Below are positions 46,247 through 60,546 of a DNA stretch of 64,000 nt, piece by piece. The notes below the pieces were generated by a model. It saw only the letters and a program-made list of their open reading frames with translations, made no database searches and was not told the origin of the DNA. The DNA comes from the human T2T-CHM13v2.0 reference genome, Homo sapiens, in NCBI RefSeq assembly GCF_009914755.1, contig NC_060931.1. The stretch is one strand, 5' to 3'. Position numbers and translations under genes: made by a program. Positions within the stretch are counted from its first letter, which is position 1; every line of letters begins with the position of its first letter.

Positions 46247-47299
46247 GTTGAATAGACCTTTGATTTGGATTTGCATCTTATTATTTTTAGATGCCTACAT
46301 GAAAATTCAAAATGCCACTAAATACCATATGTGCTTTTGTAAACCAAATAATAATATCATGCTTTATATGAATTTAGGTTCGGAACATCGGGGTTAAAAT
46401 GGAAAAAATTTTGATAAAAGTTCAAATGATACAAACTCTAGCCTTGACTCTGTCCTTCTTATTTCCGTAATTTTGCTCATATCCTTTAAACAACCTGAGA
46501 CTTCTATTATTGGTTGGTTTGTCTTAAAATGAAGTCAGGAATATCTACCCTGCCTCCCCAGTGGGGTGATGATGTTGAGGATCACGAGATGGTATCAGGA
46601 AAGGGGCTCTGCCACATGTAAGTGCCCTCCAGCGCTTGTTACTAATAATTCACTGTCTAAATGCTTTACTTTTTTCATCTCGTGGAAGTAAGAGATTTCA
46701 AAATAACATTGTCACTCAACTGACAGGTCGAAAACGACAGTAAAGCAGCCTGGCTTTTCTATTCACAGACCAAACCATTAGGGTCTGTGTCGTTCCAGAT
46801 CCTTGACGAAGCGGGTGCCAGGGTGGGACTGGACATGCAGGAGATGGGTGAGGAAAGAGCCTGTGAGGGGAAAAGGCCTGACCCTCCTGAAAGAGAGTGC
46901 AAGGGAGGAGGGTGGAGCAGAAGCCCCCAGGCAGCAACATCATTTCTAAAATGCTGCCCTCCAAAGAGCCTGGCGTCTCCCGCACATGGGCGCCCTCTGC
47001 ATCCCTGCTGTGTTCAGTCATTGGTCAGGGCAGCCTGCAGAGGATGGCCTGCGTGTGGGGGCTCCGGAACACAGGATGGGGGCCATCTCCAGCCGTCCAA
47101 AATCTACGCACTACATTTTCACGGCTGTCACAACATCATGAAAACTGCCTGTCATATTTGGATGACCATGGTTGCCATTATTTTTAGCAAAATGACATAT
47201 TAAAAGAATATATTCATCTAGACAATATAATCTGGAAGTCAATGCCTCTCTCATTAATGTCTCATTATTAACATTAATTATTTCATTATTTAATGCCCA

Positions 47300-49220
47300 G
47301 TGTCCTGCTTTATGTTAAATGCATTCCTGTCACTGACAGAAACAATATGAAATTGACCACTGTTTTTAGTGATTATTTAACATTGATCTTGAAGTTCAGG
47401 CTACTGAAATAATATGTGAAGCAAAAGCTCCAGGGATGGCTATTTTAAGGAGAACAAATGGTCATTTTTTTTTAGGGGTGTGAGTTTATACCTGTAAAGT
47501 GTAAGGAAAATATCTAGTTATTTGAATTAATATAAGTTTACAAAGCTAACAGTATTCAAATATAAAATTTAAGTCATTTAAAAAGCGTCTGGGTTTCAAT
47601 GATAATGAAAATATAAACTATCCATACTTTAATCACTAAGTGCAGAAAGTATGTAATAAAAGTACAAAACTTTACTAAGAAACATAAAAGATTTAATTTA
47701 ATCTACCAATATGCCATGTTCTTTCATGAGAAAACTGAATATTGTAAAGTTACATTTTATGTTAATTCATATATAGTTTATGATGTTATTAATAAAATAT
47801 CCTCTATTTTTCTGTTAATTGACATTTTTTCTTACTTGAAATTATTAACATTATTTTAAAATATTCTGAAATAATGAATAGTCCAGAAGAGGTACATTTC
47901 AAGAGGGCAAAGAAGAGGAATGAAATAAGATTAATACGACTGTATTTTAAAGCTACCATAATGAACAAAATGTGATCCTGACTACAGAAAAAGCAATACA
48001 TCCATGAAACTGCACAACTCAGAGTAAATTCTGGCACACAGAAAAATCTGATACATGATAAGGGGGAAGCAGGTTACCAGTAAGGAAGAAGTATGTTATT
48101 CACATGCACCCAAATAAATTACAAATGGATCTAAGAGCTGATGTTTTCAAAATAGTGCTATCACATGCTAGATGGGTGTAGAAATAATGTTTACCTCTAT
48201 CTGGCTGGGAAGGGTGAGTAAGCAGGGCTTTCCAAAATTAAAGTGTTAGGAGGAACCAGAAAGAATAGTTTTAACACATAAAATTGGAAATCTTCCATTA
48301 ACAGCCAGATACACAAAATTAAAAAGCAAATAACACCCAGGGAAAATATTTGCAACAAGTATGTTAGACAAAATCTTGTAGGCCAGGCACAGTGGCTCAC
48401 GCCTGTAATCCCAGCACTTTGGGAGGCCAAGGCAGGGGAATCACTTGAGTCTAGGAGTTCAAGACCAGCCTGGGCAACATACAGAGACCTCATCTCTACA
48501 AAATCAAAAAAAAAAAAGCAGCTTGATATTTTAGAATTCACAGAGCTCATATACTTAAGTAAAAAATAATAGCAAGCTTGAGTAGATAAGGCTTTAAAGA
48601 ACAAGATCAGACAGCTCACAACAGGGCAATATAAATTGGCTAAGAGAAGGTTGAAAATGTACCGTCAGGAGGTGCAAAGAACTATGGGAACACTCAATGT
48701 TGTTGAGTTTGGGGGAGAAGAACACTTGCATGGATCACCAGCTGGGTATAAATTAGGCCCTTTTGTAAGTTCACTTGGCTATGTATTCATAGCCTTTCAC
48801 TCAGCTATGCTCATTCAGGCCATAATATTTCTTACACAAATGAAGCAAAATGCAGTACACATTTTGTGTGTGTGCAAAGATGCTTCTCCACGATTATTTA
48901 ATAGCAAAAATATAAACAATCTACGTGTCCAAAATGGTATCAAAAAACTAAATGGTAGTATGCTTATAAAAGGCATCCATTAAAATTTATGAAACTATCT
49001 TAGAATTTTCAATGAATTCCAGTTATTAAAATTGGAATATAAAATTGCGTATACAATATGTCTTAAGACAAAAGAAAAGGAAAAACAAATGACAACGAGG
49101 AATCTACCAAATTGGTTAACAGTGGTAGATTCTGCATCATGAGTGTCTTTTTTTCTTCTGTTTTCTGCTTTTTATAGCTTTCAGATTTTCCACAGTACGA
49201 ATGAATTATTTTTGTAATAA
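47300..49220 (+). mobile_element. Ancient L1ME-like ORF2/3' fragments
   Basis: atatgccatgttc..aaaactgaatattgtaaag; ttttaaagctaccataat; aaatggatctaagagct; tttaatagcaaaaa; boundaries approximate. Confidence 0.6.
48381..48518 (+). mobile_element. FLAM/Alu left monomer
   Basis: Single monomer followed by an A tail. Confidence 0.85.
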
Positions 49221-49518
49221 AAAGGAAGAACAATTAATGCTCTGTTTAAACCAGATGTGAGATAGCCGCTGTACCTTAAGGTCAAGAGACATTTAATTTG
49301 TATTCGCTTTCTGGTAAATTAGATACGTTTCCGGTGTTGAGCTCTCTCCTCCTTCCCTATGTTGAAGTCTTTGCAATCAGCTGACACCAAATAGGAGTTC
49401 ATTTTTTTGGAGGGATGCTTTACACCATAATGGCTTTGATGAGTCTCCTAAGATCCATTGCCATGGAAAATATTTCTTAAACGATAGAATTCAAAACTCT
49501 GTTTAAAAAGAGACCTCT

Positions 49519-49822
49519 GCCATTATCATTAGCAAACTAACACAGGAACAGAAAAAAACCAAAGACAGCATGTTCTCACTTATAAGTGGGAGCTAAATGA
49601 TGAGAACTCATGAACACATAAGAAGGGAACAACAGACACTGGGATCTACTTGAGGGTGGAGAGTGGGAGGGGGAGGGGAGCAGAAAAGATAACTGTTGGG
49701 TACTAGGTTTAGTACCTGGGTGATGAAATAATCTGTACCACAATCCCCTGTGACACAAGTTTGCCTGTACAACAAATCTGCACAGGTACACCTGAACCTA
49801 AAATAAAAGTTAAAAAAAAAAA
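49519..49822 (+). mobile_element. L1PA (old, PA13-16-like) 3' end
   Basis: gcatgttctcacttataagtgggagctaaatgatgagaac..cctgaacctaaaataaaagtt(A)n. Confidence 0.88.
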
Positions 49823-50051
49823 TTAATGGGCTATAAATAAATAAAGCGGCCTCTGATTCAAGCAAAAACTAGTTAATGGATGGTAAAGGAAATGGGTGAA
49901 ATTTTGAGAAGTAACAGTATATTTATGTAATTTCCGAGTGTCTCTCCACAAGATACTCATTATTTACAAAGGATAAAATAGTGACTTTACAGTGGAGAAA
50001 TCTGACAGACAGCACCTTAACCAAGAGTTGCCATCATCAGTGCAGCTTGTA

Positions 50052-50134
50052 TTGGGTTGGTGCAAAAGTAATTGTGGGTCTTTTTTGCCATACTTTTGAT
50101 GGCAAAAACCACGGTAACTTTTGCACCAGCCTAA
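50052..50134. mobile_element. MADE1 (Hsmar1-derived MITE), full length
   Basis: ttgggttggtgcaaaagtaattg...aacttttgcaccagcctaa palindrome between TA dinucleotides. Confidence 0.92.
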
Positions 50135-50288
50135 TACCTCCTGTTACAGGGCATTGAGGGTTCATCGTGGCTTCTGTGGCTCCTGCTGAAGTCAGAGCCT
50201 GACTCTTATCACAAGGAAACATCAGGCAAATTTAAAGTGGGCAGTATTGTACAAAGTAACTAGCCTATACCCTTAAAAACCATCAGTG

Positions 50289-50590
<302 letters not shown>

Positions 50591-51209
50591 CAACCAGTGT
50601 CATGGAATACAAAGAAAACAACTGAACTCAATATAACACAAGATCTTGCATCTTGGATTTTTCTTTTTCACAAAGGACATTATTGAGAACATTGATGAGA
50701 TCTGAATAAGGTCTGTAGATTAGATAATAGGACCATGTTGAGATTAATATCCTGATTTTTATAATTGTACTGTAGGTATATAAAAGAATGTCCTGTTTTT
50801 AGGAAATATGCATCATAGTATTTAGGAGTATGGGAGCATCCTGTCAACAGATTACTCTTGAATGGTTCAGAAAAACATGACACATATGTATGTATAAATA
50901 TGTATACGTATATAAATTATATGTCTCTCACATACAGAGAGACAGAAAAAGGAAAAACAAACAGCAAAATGTGAACATTTGGAGAATCTGAGTGAAATAT
51001 ATTAGGGAATTCATTGTCATATTCATACAACTTCTCTGTAAGTCTGAAAGTATGCCAAGATTTAAAAAAAATAAATTAAAGCAGAAAGGGACTGTTGGTT
51101 GCAGCTCTTCCAAGCATTAGCACATCATCAGGGCCCTCCAGCTCCTGAGTTTGACATGCCTTTTTCAACACTGAATCCTCTGTCTGTTCTGTAGGGAATA
51201 GATGCTATG

Positions 51210-51420
51210 TGTCTGGTGCTATTCTTTAGTCCTCTGCATTTATTTTCCCTCCAAAATCTGTTGACAGCACTATGAAGTAGATAGAATTCTAATTCTCATT
51301 GACAAGTAAGAAACTAACATTTAGAGAGGCTAACTAACTTCCATAAGATCCCACAGCCAGAAAGTAGCAGAATGAGACTTGAACTGGGGCTTCTCTACCT
51401 CCCTCTGCACTTCTGTCCTT
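51210..51420 (-). mobile_element. MIR
   Basis: ctatgaagtagat..aagaaactaacatttagagagg.taactaactt..cacagccagaaagtagcaga. Confidence 0.7.
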
Positions 51421-51896
51421 TCCACAGCTGGGAATCATATGTCCCTCCCATCACAGCCCCTTGAATGTAAGTCTTTTTTTCTGGGCATTTACAAATCTGA
51501 AAGCATCCCTGTTGGTGTTTTCACATGATGTGGATTCACTGAATTGATTTCCACCAAGGCATGTTATCTGCTTTGCTCAGTGTGCTACCATTAAAATCAT
51601 GTTCCACCTTAGAATTCCTCAAACTATTGGATGCCAGTTAGGGAACTTAGTGCCTTCACGGAGACTCACTGCTTGCCAGCTAAAGAGATTGAAAAGGACC
51701 CAAGATAGTAGATTCAAGGTGACTATGTAGACCTTGGATGGTGCCAGAGACATACTTCCCCTGGTTTTCAATGCTTGGGGTGAAGATATAGGAATTCAGC
51801 TGTGGGCTTATACCAGTAACATAGATCCTCAGCTGTCGTCAGCAGGAACCAAGTCCCGGTGGCAGCATTGAGGAGGGCACACAAAATGTATTCTGA

Positions 51897-52451
<555 letters not shown>

Positions 52452-52594
52452 CTATAAGAACCCTCCTTCAAAGTAGGTCAATTTAGGGAAAAGCCAAGTG
52501 CTGGTGGCATAAAAGAATCAGGACATGCCATCTTGCCCCGAGCAGTGGAATTTAATTCAGAAGAAGAGTAGAAATGGAGGCTGGCTGTGCAACT

Positions 52595-52945
52595 GCATTA
52601 GCTTGCTTTTGCTGGTTATGCTGTGAAATAAATACCCATACAATCTCAGTGGCTTCCACAACAAAAGCTTATTTCTCACTCACATCACATTTGGCTGTGG
52701 GTCAGCTGCAGCTTTCCTTCCTCTTGTGGTTTGGGCTCAGATGTGCTTCTGAAGTGTAGGCTGAAGGCATAGCCCAATCTAGAACTGAACATGATGTTCT
52801 TGCGGGAAAAGGGGCAGTAGCAAGAGGGATGGTGAAACTCATGATACCTCTTAAAACTTCTTGCTTACAGTGAACATCACATTTAATTGGCCAAAGCCAG
52901 ACCTCCGCTCTGGAATGTAAAATAATCCTCTCTGGGGAGAGGAGG
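52595..52945. mobile_element. MLT1J/K-like MaLR LTR
   Basis: ggttatgctgtg..aatctcagtggctt..acaacaaaagcttatttctcactcac..attggccaaagc. Confidence 0.6.
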
Positions 52946-54309
52946 CAAAGGACTCTAGGCTTTCACCATCTCCAGAAGAGAGAAGACTTTATATTTCTCC
53001 AGAAGTCTCTATCTTTAGGATAGCCAATAATCGTCCTTTAACCCATGTGCCTTTGCTCAGAAATCATTAACACCAAAAACACAAAAATATTCATGGAACA
53101 TTGTTTCATGACACTCATGCTTTTTAATATTCTGATTACTGTGTTTAGTTGTAGAGACCCAGTTTTCAGAGTTGTGGAGATGAGTGCCCCTCTGGCTCAT
53201 AGTTCTCAGCAGGCACATATTCTCCTTTGACTGACATATAGAGACTGGATCCAAAATCTAACTTCTCTCCTTCTCCCTAGCTGGTTGTTACTATCTCCCA
53301 GAACCTCTATTTCTATGTTCAATATCACATCTGGAAACTCTTAATGTTTTCATATATATTCAATGTAGAAACAACAGTTACTAAAAAAAATCACAATTTG
53401 GATATTATAATTTTTCTTGCCTCATTAGCCCTCCATATCCTATCACCAACTAACATAATTTATTTAGTCTCCAGGACTTTTTAGATTCTATTATGGTAAA
53501 GACAAGAGTTGACCACAGACAGTCGCATATATCCAAGTCAGTGCATGCCTATGGGCTTTAATATATTTATGTTGAAAGATGCTGCTGTTTGCTTTTCAAT
53601 GTCTTAGACACTCATGTGTCTGTAGAATCTTAAAATATTATCCAGTGGAAAAATATGTAATTGGAAAAGGTGGTGGTGCAGTCCATTTAGCAGGCCGATG
53701 AGAGATTTTCCTGGATGCCTCTCCTTCCCCCAAATAATAACTTCCATAAAAATAGTTTTATGAAAGCTTCCAAAATGGTGCAAAATAATACTTTTGTGGA
53801 AGCTAGAAATAGGGATCGGTATATCTGACTCCACAACTGATTTCCAGGATAAAGGTGCAACTGGACTCTGAAGATCAGCCCAGACCTCTGCCTACCTGCA
53901 CATTTCACCTGTCCTCAGTAGCTCCAGGCCTGCACCAGTCAGTCTCAAAGCCTCCACTTGCTCCTCTCTTCCTGTGTTTATTGGAGCTCTCCAGTTCCCA
54001 AAAATGCAGCAAAGCTGGAAGTAGGTATAGCAACACAATGGGCATAATAGAAGCTGTGATAGCCTCAATAGAAAAAGGCAGATTCAGAGAGAGAGAGGCA
54101 TGGAAATAGATTGCAGCTTCTGGTACGGGAAAGATAAGATACTTCATATCATCCAGAAATAAGCTTCATCGCAGGTAGCGAGATGAGCAGGTGAGGAGCA
54201 GCCAGCTTCTCTCCACAGTCTGCAAGAGCAGCGTGCAATATACGGGTTGCTAAACAAGCAAAAGGTTATCCACAGACTTTACAAATTACATGCAATACCA
54301 CCCTGCCAG

Positions 54310-55046
54310 TGACAGCTCTCTTCTGTCTACAATTCTGCCAAATTCTCACCACCCACACCTCTCCCACCCTGTTCACACCACCGTGTCTGGCCTAGATTCT
54401 TGCAAGGTCTCCCAACTTCCTCCCTCCTCATCCTTCCAGTGTGTTCCTAAAGCAGCAGCCAGAGAGCCCCTGCTCGCTGCCAGCCAGATCATGTCGCTTC
54501 CCCACTCAGGGCTCACCAGTGACTTCCCACCTTGCAATGTGTGAACACCAGAGTCCTTCCAGTGAACTAGAAGCCTAACACAACCCGGCCCCTTGTGACA
54601 TCCCCAGCTTTATTTCCTTCTGTCCTCCCCTTTGTTCCCCATGTTCTGGCCACACTGGCCTCTGCAGATGCTCTCCCACCTCAGGCCTTTTTTTTTTGCC
54701 TGGAATATTCTTCCCTTGGGCAGGAATGGACACTTCCTTTTCTTCCTTCAGGTCTTTATTCAAAACCTCCTTATCTTTGAAGCTTTTCCTGGAGACCCAG
54801 GGAAACCTTCATCTCCTACCCACGTCTTAACATTTCATTTCTCATTTGTTATTTCTTGAAGTTGCATGATCTCTAACATGTGCAGTTTACTTATTTATTG
54901 TGTTTTTGGTTGCTCTCTTTCCCTCAACACGAGCTCCACAGCCAGGGCCTGTAGGCTGTGTTGCTCACTCACGTATTGCCTGATCCACAGTGCCTGGTAT
55001 GAAGTTGGCCCACCACAGACATTTGCTGAGTGAATGCATGAATGAA
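54310..55046 (+). mobile_element. L2 3' fragment
   Basis: gcagcagccagag..cacactggcctc..ctcaggccttt..gcctggaat..acagtgcctgg..atttgctgagtgaatgcatgaatgaa. Confidence 0.75.
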
Positions 55047-56071
55047 AAGCCCCCTCCACATGAGGCCCTGAAAGGAAATATGTGCACAGCAAATGAAATA
55101 AATGCTGAATAAGGTCGCCTTTCATGACTATCTGGGTCCCTGTGCAGGCCTCTCCTCCCTATCTCATTGCCTCACAATAGTGAATCACCAGCAAATCCGG
55201 CCAATCCCCTGCCAGACCCGTGGTCCAGACCCAAGTCTTGATGGCACTAGTCCCTTGGAAGCCAGCCAGAGCACACCTGGGGCTGGCCAGGTCAGGAGAG
55301 CCTCCCCTGGAACTGGCAGAGCCATATCCAAGGGAGCCCGGAGCTCTGTCCCTGGGGACCCTGCAGGAAGAAGTGGAGTTCCCCGGCCCCCACACCCATC
55401 ACCTTACTTGGGGTGAAATCCACAGAGAGTACCCCCTGCTCTGAGGAGTGGCCACAGCAGGAGGAGGTTTGGCCCTCCTTGATGGGGGACCTCTGTCCTC
55501 CCAGCCTGCACTTCAGACCAGGAAAAGTGTTTAAAGATAATACTTGGGAACAAATACTAGACTGATAAAAGACAACAGAAGGGAATAAGGGACTATTATT
55601 CTTTAAAACTGCGGAATAAGAGAGGCATCCTTGGCCCAAGCCTATGATAATTTCAGAAAACATTTTGAACTCAAGAAAAAGAAAACATGGACTACCAAGC
55701 AGCCAGGACTTTGTGTGAGCTACATGAGGAAATCTATGAAGATTCATTTTAAAAATGAAAACAGGAATTTAATCCATACAGAGACATGGTGCTCCTGGAT
55801 GGGATAACTTAATGTGCAAAACTTTCCCATAGTCATTTGTTAGTTTAATTTAATCCCACTAACAAGATACGTGAATCTTTATGTTCTGGAGGATGGCCAG
55901 TGGGTCTCAGTATTGGGCTCTACTGGCATCTTGGTGGGGAGTCCTGAGTGTGGGCATGGGTGTGGGTGGCATTCTCCTACACACCCAGCACACTCCCCTG
56001 GGCCCACAGTAACCAGCTCTCTGGATTCTAGATGGATAAAAATGCAAGCACAGCTAAGAGAACTTATTTCA

Positions 56072-56220
<149 letters not shown>

Positions 56221-56524
56221 AAAATTAATGAAGGAGGTACCTGTGCTACCCAATGTGATATATATAATAAATATACAGTAAATATGTTTATATGCACTAG
56301 TCCGTGTATATACACACATGCAAACACTAAAACTTCATGTGTGGGCATATGAATGGAAAGAGCAATAGGAGTAAAGTCCTGAAATAGACACAAGTTAATA
56401 AGAAATTTCAGATATTATGATATATTAAGTGATTACTTAATCTATATCATTATTTAAGTAATTACTAAAATTATTAAGTGATTTGGGAAACCATTCATGG
56501 GGGGGAAAAGCTCAAATGAAATAG

Positions 56525-57153
56525 TGTGAATTCAAAGTGTCTGACACAGGTGTCAGTCAATTTAGAAAGTTTCTTTTGGCAAGGTTAAGGCTGCACTCCT
56601 GACGGTGTCAGGTCCTGAGGCCCAAGGTGGTTGGGGTACAGCTTTCTTTTGTACATTTTAGGGAGACATGAGACGTCAATCAATATGTATAAGATGTACA
56701 TTGGTTTGGTCCCAAAAGGTGGGAAAACTTGAAGCAGGAACTTCCAGGTCATAGGTAGATAAGAGACAGAAGATTGCATTCTTTTGAGTCCTTGATCAGC
56801 CTTTCGCTGAATACTCAATGTAGTCTGGCTCGGTGAATCTGCATTTTTACATAAACAGTAGGGCAGAGGAAGCAATCAAATATGCATTTGTCTCAGGTGA
56901 GCTGTGAAGATTAGCTATCAGTTTACATTGCCAGGGTGAAATTCAACAGAACTGTTTTAGGGTAAAGATCATGAGGCCCACAACAAATTTCCTTGTGGGC
57001 ACATTATGAGGGAGTTGTGTAGCTTTTTAAAAATCTTTGTAGCTGCCTTATTTAGGAATAAAATGGGAAGCAGGTTTGCCTGCCATAGTTGCCACCTTGA
57101 GTTTTCCCTTGGCTTAGTGATTTGGGGGTCCCGAGATTTATTTTCCTTTCACA
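56525..57153 (-). mobile_element. MER4A-type ERV1 solo LTR
   Basis: Minus strand TGTGAAAGGAAAATAAATCTCGGGACCCCCAAATCACTAAG; TSD ATAG at 56521-56524 and 57154-57157. Confidence 0.9.
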
Positions 57154-57237
57154 ATAGTAAATGAAACCAAAAAAAAACTAACTATACCCAATGATTAATT
57201 TCAGAAAGAAGAGACTATAAAGGTAAAGTGAAAACTA

Positions 57238-57369
57238 GGGAGGAGAAGGAGGGAGGGAGGGAGGAAGCAGGGATGGGAGGGAGGGAAGAAAGAAAAAAAG
57301 AAGGAAGGAAGGAAGGAAGTAGGTAGGTAGGTAGGTAGGTAGGTAGGTAGGTAGGTAGGTAGGTAGGTA
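57238..57369 (+). repeat. Compound purine microsatellite (GGGA)n-(GGAA)n-(GTAG)12-13
   Basis: Read directly. Confidence 0.95.
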
Positions 57370-57617
57370 AAGTGTGACTGTTTGCCTAATGGAAGCTGGG
57401 GCTTCAGAGGTTCTGGGGAAAAGGGACATTGCTGCCAGTGTCTTAAAGGTATTTCTGACCAAAATAAAATGTAAATCACTGGAGAAGACCTGCCTGGAGC
57501 CCTCCTCGGCTCTTAAATGGAATGCTGTAACATCTTGTTGTGTGTTCAGCTCATCTGTTTGTTGTGTCTCCCCTCCTGAAGGGCAGGGACCACACTAATC
57601 TTTGCAGAGTGGACCAC

Positions 57618-57815
57618 TGAGCATTGGCACTCTGGAGCCAGGTGCCTGGCTCTGAATCTGCTTTTCTGCTCCTTACTACTTGCATGACATTGGGCATATT
57701 ACAGTGACTCTCCATGCCTCAGTTTCCTCCTCTGTAAAGTGTAGACAGTTATAGGAACTGCCTCGCTAGATTATTGTGAGGATCAAATGGGTTAATATGT
57801 GTAAAGCAAGATGAG
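57618..57815 (+). mobile_element. MIR
   Basis: ctctggagccag..ctctccatgcctcagtttcctcctctgtaaa..ttgtgaggatcaaatgggttaatatgtgtaaagc. Confidence 0.8.
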
Positions 57816-60235
57816 CATTTACCACTGTATCTGCAGCTCCCAAAACAATGCCAGCTATGTGGGAGACAGTCAATGCATGTTGGGTGACTCTGAGCCTGCT
57901 TTGCTAGATAATACCTCTCCAACTCCCTAAGAACACAAGCAAACCACCCCTCAAGGATAACTGGTGACAGATTTTGAAAATAGAGGCAGAAATGCAATTC
58001 ACCAGTCTTCCCCCCCCCCCGCCACTTGGAGCCTGCAAAAGCGCTGAGTAGGACTTAGTCTGCTTGCATATCCATGACAGGAAAGTTAAATGAGATACTG
58101 AAGCCGATGGGAGAGGGCCCTTGGTTGCTCAGGGCAGAGTGAAGCCTGTATCCTTTGCATAATTCTGCCCCATCATATTGCTTTTTGTAAAAGGAAAATG
58201 TTTTGATAGTCTGTCACTGAAATCTGTTTTTAATGAAAACACCCTAGGATTAGCTATTATTCTTAGAAGACAGCTCTGTTGTGGAGTTATTCAAGGATGG
58301 AGTTCTATTACGTGTGTTTGCCCACCACAGATGTGCCTCAGATGAAACATGAAGGTTAGGGAAGAAAGCAAACAGCTCTGGGCTGAGCAGCAATAAAGCG
58401 CTGCATTGGGAGGGATGGCACTGGTGGGGAGGGGTCCCAGCTCATGGCCATGATGCTGGCACCAGAGTGGGTGCTGTCCAGAAGCTGTCCCCATCCCTGT
58501 TCTTACCACCTTGGCTCCAGGACCCAGCTTGACTTCTCATGTGACTTTTCCCTCTGGTGCTCAGAATTGGAGTCTGAGGAGTAAGGCCTGGGGAGGAGGT
58601 GGCCACACCCACAGGTGGTCATATTTATGTTGCCTGGTATGGAGTTAGAACTGTTCCTCTAGGGACAAACTGGATCTTTGGACCAGTCTATCTACAAACA
58701 AGGATGGCTCCCTCAGCTTGGGAAGAAAGTGTCAAATGGGAAGTTAGGGAACGTGGAAGTTTAAAGTGAAGCCATCTTTATGTTCTCCCTGTGTGTCATT
58801 GTTTCGCCGTATGGATATGCTAGAGAAGTGAAAAAATGTATGAATGAATGAAAATGAAAAATATATGAGTAAAATAAATATCTTTAAAAAGGAATAGCCC
58901 ACTGGCTATACCACTAAGTTCATGCTCTTCAAGTAAAGCCTGGACTATTTGTCAAAGCCTTTTTTTTCCCTCTAATGTAAGAGGGTTTTTCTGTCATAGA
59001 GGAGGGGCCTGGGAATTTGGAAGGCATTGTAAGTCATTGCTGACAGGAAATGATGCTATTAGGTATTGGATCATAAAGAGACCTCCTCCCAGGAAAATGA
59101 ATTCAGTGACAATAACACCATAATGTTATATAACAGTAAATTTTATATCTCCTGAAAATTGATGTTGGATCAAAACAAGGGACTGAAAGACAATAGATTG
59201 GGACAAAACAAAATCAGTCAGACCCCAACTCATGCTGATGGAATCAAGGTCACAAAGTTTAAAACAGAACTTCCAACGTGAGACCAGACGGCCACGTTTT
59301 TGGCCTGCTATCCAGTCTGGCTGATGGCTGATGAATATTTGCTGTGACATCAGCCAAAAGGGAGACGATCTAGTGAAACTCTTCATCCCACCTCTTGGGC
59401 TCTTGCAACAAAGAATAGTTTTATTAAATTAGCAAATGTAATTTTCTGGTCTCTAAGAAGAAGCAAGTTTTAAAAATCCCCTTCAAAATATGTGCAACTG
59501 AGCTTACTTTGTCTTTGCAAGGGTGTCTAGTGTGACATTTCAGGAATTAACCACATATATGGGAATGCACACACAGGCTTTCCCTTCCTTCATGTACCGG
59601 GTTGGTTGGTCTGTCGGCAAATAGTTATTAGATGGCGCACACTGTGCTAGGGTCTTTGCCCTAGAGGGCAAAGATAGAAGAGGCGGGCCGTAAATTTCCT
59701 TGAGGGGTTTGGGGTCACTGAAATAGGAATTGTATGTCTTTAAATATCTCTACAGCTTGGCACCTCCTGCTGGAACTCAACAAATCCTAAATGCCAATTG
59801 TCCATACTTAGGACAACTTAAAATAATTGACAGTCACAATGATAGTCTTTTGTGAGGGGCACTTGCCCCAGCTGACCAGATTTCTGGGGATGTCAGATAC
59901 ACCCACTTAAAATAAGTGTAAATTATTTTTAAATATCACAAGCCCCCTTTGAGGACCAGCCACTCCAGGGCTTCTTAGCTGTGATGCGCTCTTACAGCCC
60001 CAGACCTGTAGGGACATGTCCCTCCCAGAAGGCGGCACACTGGCTGGGCCTCTCTCAAACCACCCCATAAAAAAGAGAACCTTACCCGAACCAGGACTTC
60101 TGGCTTTCTTCTAGGGTGGGGTTCTGAGTGACCTTTCATCATATTGTTTGTCGTCCGTATGGCTTGGCTTTTCAAAAGCAAATGTACTTTGTTTCTATAA
60201 TTAGGAAAAAAAGTTTTTTTTAAATGTCATCTTTT

Positions 60236-60546
<311 letters not shown>

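Noticed and set aside
49505-49856. Possible L1 3' transduction (aaagagacctctg / aaagcggcctctg as TSD)
   Set aside because: The TSD match is imperfect and the extra 20 or so bases could be decayed tail
57201-57479. LPTY-repeat ORFs
   Set aside because: Translation of the (CCTA)n microsatellite
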